Source: Takakia lepidozioides (taxonomy: Eukaryota; Plantae; Bryophyta). Taken from it: a DNA stretch of 64,000 nucleotides. The notes beneath the pieces are model-generated. The model ran no database searches. It was not told where the DNA came from and saw only the letters and a program-made list of their open reading frames with translations. Positions 11,501-22,699 of this stretch are shown here, piece after piece (position 1 is the stretch's first letter; every line of letters begins with the position of its first letter). The position numbers and the translations under genes are program-made. Location: NCBI GenBank assembly GCA_030704615.1, contig CM060733.1, positions 52,204,001 to 52,268,000 on the forward strand, given 5' to 3'.

Positions 11501-14500
11501 CCTCTGTTCACCAATTTTCAAATCTGCAGGCTGAGCCTGAAGCCCTGGCCTTGTTGAGATCTAATTGCTGGGCAGCTCACACAAAGCAGATTGATGCTTG
11601 TGCGAAGGGATTTCTATAGGAAATGTGGAAAGCCAGAATCAATTGTCTATACCAACGTAACTCCCCCCTACTGAAGGGAACCCCTCACAAAGATGGTGTC
11701 CATTTCCTCTTGTTCACCCAAACTGCGGTGGGTCTATGGCCACAGGCTACCGCAAACAACCTCTCATGAGGGCAGTCCCTCCCTTTCTCTGATGTGCTAG
11801 CTCTGTCAGTGAAACAGTGGAACTCTCCTCACATGAAAGTTCACTAGGAGGATTGTACATGTCAAATGTGGTAGTCACTGGATTAGTGAGGGGTCTATTA
11901 ACTGGGAGGTGTGGAGGAGATTAGGTGCTGCTGAGGCATGTTTAAGATTACCCTGTACTGGCATCGCATGTCCTGCAATGTAGTTACAGAACCGTCTTTC
12001 ACTGTGTCAGTGTACATCCTCCAACTCTAGTTATTCATTCACAATCAAATTCAACATTAGATAAATGTGACTCTTTCCAGAAAATCAATGTGCTGAGGGT
12101 ACTTTACCAACCAGACATATCTCTAATGGTCTTATTTGGGATGATGGATTTACAGGTTTACTTCCAGTCAGAAGAAGTGAGGGCATGCATCGTGACGTGT
12201 GGGGGCTTGTGCCCAGGGTTGAACACAGTGATCCGAGAAATTGTGTGTGGACTCTGGACTCAGTACGGTGTGCGCAGCATCCTTGGTATTGCTGTATGTG
12301 CATTTTCTCTACCTTGAGTCTCCTTCTTAATGGATGAAAGTGGTTATGAGAAGTATGTTCCCAACAATTTTGGCAAATGGAACTGAAGTTCTGCAGTTGA
12401 GACATGTTTTTCAAAGACGCATTGGGGCCAAATGTCCCTTTCTAGAAAATCTGCAAAAAGTGCATACACGTTATGCTAGAGGAGTGGGGTATGTTGGTGT
12501 GATTGCAGGGAGGCTACAGGGGTTTTTATGCACGCAACACAAAAGACTTGAACCCCAAAATAGTCAACGATATTCACAAGCGGGGAGGCACTGTTCTTGG
12601 GACCTCACGGGGTGGCCACGAGTGTACGAAGATTGTTGATGCCATTGAAGATCGGGGTATCAATCAGGTATGAACTTAAGATAATTTTCCCTTAAATTCT
12701 GATCAGGCTAGCAAGAATTTAGCACTGACTGACCATCTGTTGAAGTAGGAAGGATGGTTCTGTGTAGGTCAGGTCTTCATCACAGAAGGATTTATTAGTT
12801 CTTGTTCCAATGGATCTCTTTTTTTCCCCTGAAAATGGTCTCCTTAATCCTTTCATCAGTTATCTTTTGGAGTTTAATTGGCACATGCATGTATACAAAC
12901 CTACATATTAGTTCTGCCACAATTTTGAAGAGAGATGAGAGACATGCATACAGATGTAGAGATAGTAGCTTACTAGGTCAAGTTAGAAGTGAGAGTGTAC
13001 TGCTGCTACTGTGCTGGTAATTGGGAAGCATATAAGGGGCACCCATGGGCTATCCGGTTATGTGACCATCAGATTGTCTACCACCATACCTTCTGTTCAT
13101 TTTATCTAAAGAAACAAAGTGTAGTACAATCAGACAGATGGTTGATGCGCTCTGTGTTTGTGAAGGTCTATATCATAGGTGGTGATGGCACTCAAAAGGG
13201 AGCCAATGCCATTCATCAGGCATGCACTCCGACACCTCTTTCCTGAGGTTTCCTGAGGTTTTTTTACTTAGGAACCGTGTCTGCACTTGTAATGTGCATC
13301 ATACTTCTTTGTAACCAGTCTGATTCCTGTGTTCAATGCTTGTTGAGGCTACCTATCCCCAAGTTACATGGGAGATGGGAATTTTCTAGCAACTGTTGGT
13401 GCCTCCAAATTGACATGGCAGGCCGGTTGGTGTTCAGAGTTCAATTAGGGCTAGTCTTAGCCAATGGAAGGTGTCTGACACCCTGCTTTTCAACCCTGCC
13501 AAGGTGGGACTGTTCCTGAGTATGAACATGAGCATCCTCCCTACTTGCTCTAATCCAAGGACTGTCCAAACTAATATTGGTTGTTACATTGTTAAACTGC
13601 AGGAGATTAGAAGGAGGGGCTTGAAGGTGACGGTTGCAGGCATTCCCAAAACAATTGATAATGACATTGATGTACGTATGCTGCACAGAACCAAAACATG
13701 TACAAACACGGAGGCCATGTAGAAATAGTAGGGCATAATATTAAAGCTGTCAATCTGGCAGGCCCACCAGAGCTAATGAGATGAGGTATTTACTGTCAAA
13801 GCAATTGAGTCAACATCTTTAGGAAGGTTTAATGGATGGTACTCAGCAGGATCTCCATAAGTTAAGGAAGGTGCAGGGATTTCTGCAGGTGACCAGGTGA
13901 CATCTTGGCACAGGCCAAGGCTCATCATGGGAACATGAGACATAATTGTAATGTCTTTTACAAGCTCACAAACTGAGTGGGTTGACTGCAACTGCTTTAA
14001 ATGTTCTTGAATACATAGGTCGATAGGCCTGTTGGTGCACCCAGATTTTATGATTCTGATTGCATTGGTTAAATATCAACAAGTAGTGGATGTGGGCTGA
14101 GGGTGACAGATTATAGACAAATCATTTGGGTTTGACACAGCTGTGGAAGAAGCTCAACGCGCAATCAACGCAGCGCATGTAGAAGCTTCGAGCATTGAAA
14201 ATGGCATTGGCTTGGTTAAGCTTATGGGTCGCTATACTGGTGGGTACCTTGACTCATCCCAGAGGATATTAATGCTTAATTGAGCCAAAGTTTGTGACAA
14301 ATGTTGCCTTTAGCACTGTGATACCACATGTAACGAAAAATGACTCATGAGGTCATGCTTTCAGTGCTGGGTCTGAGTGGACATGTTCACTTGTGCAGGA
14401 TATATTGCGCTGTATGCCACACTTGCCAGTCGGGATGTGGTAGGCTTTCTCCCCCTCTCTTGTTGTTTTACACTGGAAATAAGTGCATATGGTGAAGCTG

Positions 14501-16780
14501 TCCCATCCTCACGGCCTTACAGTTAAGGGGCTTGGTGGTGGGAGCACAGGACTGCTGCTTGATACCAGAAGTGCCCTTTTACTTGGAAGGCCCAGGAGGG
14601 CTGTATGAGTTCGTGCAGAACAGACTGAGCGAGAATGGACACATGGTAATTGTGGTGGCAGAGGGTGCTGGCCAGGAGCTGATAGCTGAGACTATGGGGT
14701 CTCTAGACAAGCTCAAGGATGCTTCTGGAAACAGCCTGCTACTTGATGTTGGTCTCTGGCTCAGTAAGAATTTGAAGGTATGTCTCTCTGGAAAACTGGT
14801 TTGGTTGGAAACCTCACTAGTAATTGACCCAAATTGCCCTGATACCTCTGGTTCATGCATTCCACAACAATCAGTTTCTGCTGAGCTTGCTAAAGCTTTT
14901 GTTTGACGTATTTTGTTACTAGCATTCTGTATAGCTGCTGACTTCTTGAGGCATTACCTACCTCTGAATATTGGAGCAGTATTTGTCAAAGGAGAAGGTG
15001 GTGTGGTTGCTATGTAACATCGTTCAAGTAACCTGTATGTTTTGAAGTGTCAGAGTACGTCAATGGCATCGAGAATTGAACATAAGCTGATTTCTCAAAC
15101 AGAAAGTCGTCTCCGGTGATCTAATCTTCCCACTTCTCTCTTCCTGAGGAGCAATCACTGACTGCTGTAGGTGCTCTTGTGTTTTTCCAGGATCATTTTA
15201 AGAAGATCTACAAAGAACCTCTCAGCTTGAAATACATAGGTGGGCCAAAACCTCAGACTGGATTGTGTGCGTCCTTCAGCTGTCTAGAATGTTTATGCTA
15301 AAGTAATAAATCTCAGTACTCTTGTATCTGGATGTAGCTTGATCTTTACCTCCTTTGGTTATTGCTAGCAAACAGGAACAGAAATAGGAATGAAGATTTG
15401 ATTTTGAGAGGTTTAAAAGGCATCTTTTTCTTGCGTAGTCCAGATATCTGTCGTCATGGCCAGAAGAGTCTCTCCTGCATTGACTATAATCAGTCTCTGA
15501 GGAGAGTATGTACATTAAGGGGTTGTCAGCATACAACAATTGGCCAAGTCATTAGGGCGCATGGGCACTTTACAAGTGGCGGTGGACATAGGTTTATGTT
15601 GGATGTCACCCATTGTGGCCAACCCAACTAAAAAGGGGGGTAAATGGGTCTCTTAAGGAGTTTGTCTATTTCCATCTCACTCTCACACACACGTGTGAGA
15701 GTGAGTTTTACTACCAACGTCAGCCCCTGACAGAGGTAGGTTCTGTCCCTTTTGTTCCCGCTCAAACTGGGCGCGGGGTCAATGGCCACAAGGCTACGGC
15801 AAACAACGTCTTATGAGTACAATCTCACACACACGTTCTGTGTTGACATAGTCCACTACGACGCAAGTGCCTGACAAAGGAGGAGGATTTTGCAGATCCA
15901 ACCTACATGATTCGGGCTATCCCCAGCAATGCATCAGACAATGTCTACTGTACTTTACTGGCGCACAGTGCCATCCATGGTGCCATGGCAGGGTACTGTG
16001 GTTTTACAGTGGGCCCTGTCAATAACCGCCATTGCTACATTCCCATCAATGTCAGTTTGTCACATTCACTTCTGGGACTGTTCCCTATTGTTTGCTTTTT
16101 CCAATGATTTGTTGGAGTGATGTGAAGTGCATTGCAGTTTGTTGCAGAGTTAAGTAGCCCTTGATATGAACATATTCTACTTGAGCTTAAGTTTCTAGCC
16201 GTCAACTGTCCAGGGAGTATCTAAGATATAAAAGTTGAGGCCAGCAGTACAGTTCCTATCCTGGAACTAGACTCTTGAGGAAAAGAGAAGGTACCCCAGA
16301 ACAAACTTATAATGGTCAACCTTGACTCTCTCTGTTCATCTATGTATATTGTCAGGAAGAGGGAACTCCCCCCCCCAAGAAAACTTAATACAGCCGAGAG
16401 TTGCAGGCAGGGCTCTGCCAGTGGCTGGAGAAACACATAAACTGCAAACAACTAGAAAAGTGGTCTTAGGGCTCATCCCTCCCTTCTCTCATTGTTGCCT
16501 TCATACATGCTTTCTTGTGCAGAGAGTGACTGAGACACAGCGACATGTGAATACAAGTGACCGCATGTGGGCTCGTCTGCTGTCATCCACAAATCAACCC
16601 AACTTTTTCCACTACAACAAAGTGATTGAGCAACAGCGTAAAAAGAATGCCATAAAAAATGCTGAGGACAAGGAAAGTCAGGTTACAGCCACAAACGCGG
16701 CTCCAGGAGTCCTCCCTGCAGAAGTGACTCCACAAAATGCTCAGGTAATGGTGCACCGAGATCATTGCGTCCTGAGTTAG
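8581..16780 (+). CDS. PFK: ATP-dependent 6-phosphofructokinase (plant PFK family), 14 exons, approx. 8581-8949, 9277-9323, 9624-9663, 9960-10025, 12156-12293, 12508-12667, 13166-13219, 13602-13671, 14110-14239, 14399-14439, 14550-14777, 15191-15239, 15896-16050, 16523-16780; N-terminal extension may be a transit peptide
   Basis: Motifs [99 protein letters not shown] in order, with splice sites. Confidence 0.93.
10066..11772 (+). mobile_element. Stack of four 5'-truncated copies of the RTE/RTEX-like LINE in PFK intron 4 (10066-10113, ~10131-10191, 10202-11237, 11248-11772)
   Basis: TSDs TCTTTAAAGTGTTCCGC (10049-10065/10114-10130) and TCTCTCTCAC (10192-10201/11238-11247); post-RT motif [12 protein letters not shown] and CCHC finger; shared 3' end. 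Confidence 0.88.
15695..15822 (+). mobile_element. Short 3'-end copy of the same LINE in PFK intron 12
   Basis: 14-bp TSD TCTCACACACACGT (15681-15694/15823-15836); same terminus GTCTTATGAGTACAA. Confidence 0.88.
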
Positions 16781-19700
16781 TTGCCACCTTCTAATCCTGC
16801 ACATTCTGAAGTTTAGCCGAATCGTGCAGTTTACTTTTTGCCACTGGTCATCATTCTAACCTGCTTGTTGATATAATGGTCTCCAGGGTGGGAATGGCAA
16901 TGGCAATGGAGGTCTTGTTGACCAGTTACAGGAGGGTGCAGCTGTGGGGATGGAAACTTCAGACAGACAAATCTTTCCAATCCGTCGTGACGAATCCTTT
17001 GCAACCAACCATGTTTTAGGGGACCCAACGGCAACCCACGACAACAGTGCTCCATGAGGATCAAATTGCTTGTTGATGACAGTTGGTTGAGTCATCGTTG
17101 CATTCCACTTGAGTTGGCCAACCTTTTACCTAGAAACCATTTGATCTACATGCATGAATGTACTCCCTTTCCTCAAGCGCAGGAGGGATTGGAGAAAACT
17201 CTGTAGTTGTGTGAAGTTCTCTCAGCTGAGATGGAGGTTGTCTAGCCAAGAAAGCCTTCCAAAGACAAAGGGCAGGACTTACGTTCGCTTGATCATTCAA
17301 TTGAAACTGTTTCAGTGTGGGGGCAGTTGGCAGGGCAATCTGTAGAATATCATTTTTCTTTGTATCAAGGGGAGTAACATGGTCGAATTTTCTTAGCCAT
17401 ATTCTCTCAGCAAAATAGCTTCTAGTACTGACAGTTAGCTTGATAGACGAGAACAGTTTTTCTCCAGCTCATGGAGGGACCCCCTTTTAACCTTAGAACA
17501 TCTTGTAGTTGGCTTGCAGGGTTGGCCCTTGATTGTTCCTAAGTTGAAATGGTCATCTAGTCAGCATGTCTAATCTTTTCTGAGGAACAGCCTTTTCAGA
17601 CTCAGGAAGTAAGTATGGATACTGTCCAAGACAGACACAGATAATAAGTAGGCCGAGATACAAATGTATTTTCTGAGTTCTTACATTGGGAACTTGTTTC
17701 TTCATGGAATTTTTTGGAAAATTGGATGTTTACTCTCTCTCTTATCTTAACCGAGAAAATCCTCTCCTCTCGTCTGGCAGTGGCTAAGAGAAAGTTTTGC
17801 AAATTATGACGTCTGTTTGCATGAGTCTTTTTCCCAGTTAGGAGATACCAGGGAGGAGCAGTATCTTTTACCACGCCTGAACAGAGTATGTAGGACAAAT
17901 CTTCTACTGCATGGAAGTGGGAATGACACCCAACACTGATCAACGCTGAAAATGCAGCAATAAATCAATGTCGCTTATATTGATGAAGATTGTTGTTTCC
18001 AATAATTTCACCTAGGTAACAGGCTCTACGAGTCTTTCCGTGCATGGACTTGTTTGCACCCTCATTGGAAGGAGATCCAAACAGTCTCATCTCCCCATCT
18101 CTTGGATGTAGAGCCAAGGTGCTTAAAGTTGCATCAGCATGTGAGACGAGTACTAAAGGACACCCAAAACTGCTGTAGAAGAAGCATGTTCATGGTGACA
18201 TTCAAAGCAAAAGTGTAGTCAGAGGCCTGCAAGGTCACTAGTAGGTAGGGAGCAGTAACACATTGTTTTTCAAGAGCACCAGACTGTCAGATACCATGTT
18301 TCTGTCAATATGTGCAGCTTGTTTTAAGGGCAATGGCACCCGACCCATTTCCTTGACTGGAATTGCAGATTTTCACTGAGGGGTTTTGGAATTTAGGGAG
18401 AAGCGAAGCTGAATTCAAGCTACCGCCTAGGTAGTTCTGCAGGGTGAATTCCATAGAAAATGTTTCAGAGGGTCTTGGGTCCTTTTTTGAATACTCCGGC
18501 AAGTTCACCAATGTGCAATCTTTCTCAGTCAATCATTCAATCCGAATTCTGGGATGGATTATTGCACACATTGATGTTGTCTAAGGGAGTGCTTCAAAAA
18601 CCAGAATGCCAAGCACACCATGGCTGCAAGCTTCTAGCTTGTGTGTCAACGATCTGCTGCCAGCAACCATGGAAGCTGAATGTTGAGCAGCTGGAGTGAA
18701 GCGTTGAGTAGGAATGATGTAACACTTCGTGTGTGGGCTGCTGTAGTTTGCTGCACAAGATGCAGCAAGCGCCAGTGCATCAGCTGTGGGGGTTGATGTC
18801 AAGTGCTTTACTTGAATGTGTCGATAACCCCATTGGTGCACTTCATACATTCTGGTTGCATTGTGATTATGATATGATAAAACAAAAATCAACCAGTAGT
18901 GGATGTGGGCTGAGGGTGACGCTTCGAGCATTGAAAATGGCATTGGCTTGCCCTTAAATATGTCAAACTGATTTGTGATGAGCACCAATCTCCCAATCTA
19001 CACTGCCCTCAAGCCTACCATTCATGCTAGCAACACGACACCTACATTTCACTTTCAGGTTTTTCTCATGCTGTCTTATTGGTCCATAGCATCACACTGC
19101 ACATAGTTGCTTCAAGTACGCAGACTTTCCAAGGTGACTCAAATGATGGCACATCAAGTTTAGTCTGATCTCTGTAGATGTTGACTATGTGTGATATTGT
19201 CCCCAATTGTCAGAATGCCTTGGCAAGCAAACTATAGTGAGCCCCTTAGGTCTGTCTGGGATGGATAATTGCATACATTGATGTTATCTAAAGGAGTATT
19301 TTGGGGAGAAGCTGGAAAGCCAGATTCAAACTACACACCTACTATGTTCTCTTGAAGTCCTACTCCCCTCCTAACCTTCCTTCTTCTAGGATCAGTTGCT
19401 CCACCTCGGATACAAATGTTCCTTGGTTTGTGCAGGGTTCCATCCGCCAGGCTTGTTTCGCTCTCTCAGACACATGCACACAGTACGGAATTTTGGGGGA
19501 ATTCTGAAAAGTACTCCAAGATGGAGAAGAAAATTGCAGCACTCGGGTAGCAGGTTGGATCAAGCCTCTTTGCAATCACTTTGACGATCTTCAGAGGAAT
19601 TATTTCATTTATTGCAGGCTACCTCGTTGGGAACCTGACTCTGCCAGATTCAATTGGGATATATACCACATATGTTACAAGGGTTGGAACACGCACCATG

Positions 19701-22699
19701 AAGAACACATGCATCCACCAGCCCAGTCCTTACACGGAGACTTCCATCTCTATGCAACATATATTCATTAAAGCTATGTCGGTGTCAATGTACCTATCCT
19801 TGGAACTGAAACCATACGAGTCCCAGGTACTGAGCTCAATTTGTCCGCTTTCCGGTTTGTAAAGTCGGAAACTCTTTGATGCATGTACATATTTGTCAGC
19901 CCTCTGAGCATGTCTATCAATCAGGACATGAAACAAACTGCACCGTCATCCGTGACAATAATCTAAAAGCATCCACAGTTTGGCATGAGAAATGAAGACC
20001 GAGAACACCTTCATGCCATCATTCAAACCTCACACGCGGAAACCTTACAGACCAATGACAGCCAAAATACTCTTGCCACTTGCTCGGTCTACAGCCGTCT
20101 CTTCTCTGCTCCTTACCCCTTGGAGAAGAGAGTACGATGATGAACATCGTTCAAAATTATTCAAGCCAATCGAAGAACGCGATACCGAAGAATCCAGGTC
20201 TACAGCTTTGCTACTGACTTGGGTATAAGCGAGTGAAGACGAAACGTGGAAGGCAATGTACACTTGCCCATGTACTGCATCTATTGAAATCTACTGCATC
20301 TGTTTCCCAATATTGAAAGAATGAGTGAGCAAGAACAGACAACCGGCAGCGGAGGATGCCCTCATCTCTGCTGGAAGTGACTTCAGAGAAACTCTGATGA
20401 CATTGTCTGCAGTACTAACCTGATATGCCTCAATTTCTTGGCTGCAGGAGTGGTGCTATCGATGGCTTACTTAGCACCTTCGAGACCAACTGCAGTGTGC
20501 TCGTCCTTGCTCCTGCTTCCCAGCCACCGTCACCATTTGATCTCAAGTAGCCAACTCTGGGGTCCTCTACACACCGGATGAGCGCAGCGAGATTGGGAAA
20601 GCGGGGCAACTCTTACGCGCTAGAAACGCAGAGGAGCACCTCTTACCACAGAAACATAAAATTGCGGCACAGAAAAACATTATCCCATATCGATTGCCCA
20701 TATTCAGGATCCAGCGGAGTATATAGACCTCCAAGCTTCTCCGAAGACATATACCTTTTTCGGCCCTTCGGCTAACGTCACGTGTAGAATTTATACTTGT
20801 CAGTTTAATATTTGATAAGAGACTCATCGAGTCTCATGATATTAATCTAATTTTTCTGGGGTACGGGTCCATCTGTTAGCTTGCTGCCCGGACCCGCGCG
20901 GGTCGCCTTGGTATTGCACTACCTCCTTGGCCGGCGCAACCCTCCCCTCGCGGTATCCCATATATCACAAATCGGACTTGCCTTGCAACATAATGTGATA
21001 CTGTTCCCTCATCAAATATGTTCTCAGAAACAGTGGATGGACACACGGACAAATATAAACAGTTCAAGAAATTAACCCCTAATGGACGAGTCGACCTGAA
21101 TCGGGTCGATTGAAAATTTCTAATGGATGAAAAACGTCGGGATAAATCGAGCCCTAAATGAAACATGTAGGAAATATAATTCTGCGCCCCCCTTGGAATT
21201 GATGGCATCCTAGCTGTCAGGATTTTTTGGAGTGCCTGGGGGTACCCAAAATCATGTGGTTTGGGGCCCTCCAGCAGGGTTGACTTTACCACGTGCAGGC
21301 AGATGGGACCATTTGCCCCCTAAGGCAAATGGGGCCATTTGCCCACTACAGGTATATGCGGGGCCCCAAAAAATCGAGTGGACACAAAACAGCCCCCCCC
21401 CCCAGTTCATCGGTTTTCATGACGTGGCCCCTTTTTTGGCCGGAATTATCTACCGGCTCAGACAATACTTGGCCTGAGCTGGGATTCAGGTAGGAATTGA
21501 AATCTCTGCCTGCATTTTGGTTAGAATTCAGAAATTCTTTTTTGAGGTAGTAGGAAATCATTCAAAGAACAATTCCACCGTTGCAATTGTGCCAATTTGG
21601 ACCCCTATGACTGAATTATAGGTCAATTGAGCTAAATGGTGCTTTTTGACCCCCCCTGTTTTCCCATACAAAGCAACCCTATGCAGATTTTGGAATTCTG
21701 CTTTGCAAATTGGGGGAAAGATGCTTTAGGTGCCTCAGAATTGGAATGTGGGTGGGGTCTTGCAAGGGAATTTCTTTTTTTTTGTACCAATTGCCTGATC
21801 AAACCAATTTTTCCCTCTAAAATTGGAGTATACTACAGATTTAGGGCTTACCATTTTGTTATGATCTTCCTAATGACACGGTGAAATGGGCTGGAATTTT
21901 TACAGCGGGTGCATGAGGTAGGTAGGCTTCCTTTCATATGGCTCATCCTTGTGGATGTTTGTTAGCTAGGAGATATACCCTCATCCGTGAGAGCTGTTTT
22001 GGAGTGGGCCCACCAAAAACAACCTCCTCCATTAAGGGTTAACAAAAGTTGCAACATAGTAAAAGTATTTGCAAAAGTACAACAAATACAATGATGGTAA
22101 AAAGACAGATGTAAAGTGAATTACATGTGTAAACTGCGGGTTTCGGATTGTATGTGTTGAACCTATGTGAAAGTGAGTCTCATTGAGAAGCGCAACGATG
22201 ATCCTAGTGCCCCAGCCCTACTTCACCAGCCCCAAGTGCTCCACCTTGAAGACGAGCCCCCCATCCCACCTCAACGTTCTGTACCCTATCACTACTCCTA
22301 CATACTCCTACAACAGCCACAACCACCACTAGTGAGTTGCTTTTTAAGCCACCCATAATAGTAGAACTGTCTACAAAATCAACTAGCAAACTACTAAAGA
22401 TGGCTATACCACATTGGCTATACATGTACAACTATCTAGAAAGTCAACTAGTGAAGTAGTGAAGATGGCTATACCTACCTGCAGATTGGGCCCAACACCT
22501 ACATCCTAGGGACTGACCCACTATACCCTACATTTGTGGGTGAGATTGTTATATCCTATGGGTCTGGCCCAGGAAGCTTTATTTGGAATTATTGAAGGGA
22601 AAAAAAATTAAAACCCTTAGAGTGCCACAAGGCTGCCTTGAGGCTGATCGCACGGAGACCGTGCCGGATGCCTGAGAACAGTATCTGAGAGCCCTTTTC

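Noticed and set aside
17000-20560. Short ORFs downstream of PFK
   Set aside because: No recognisable domains or consistent exon chain; at most faint, unsupported PPR-like remnants near 19730-19936
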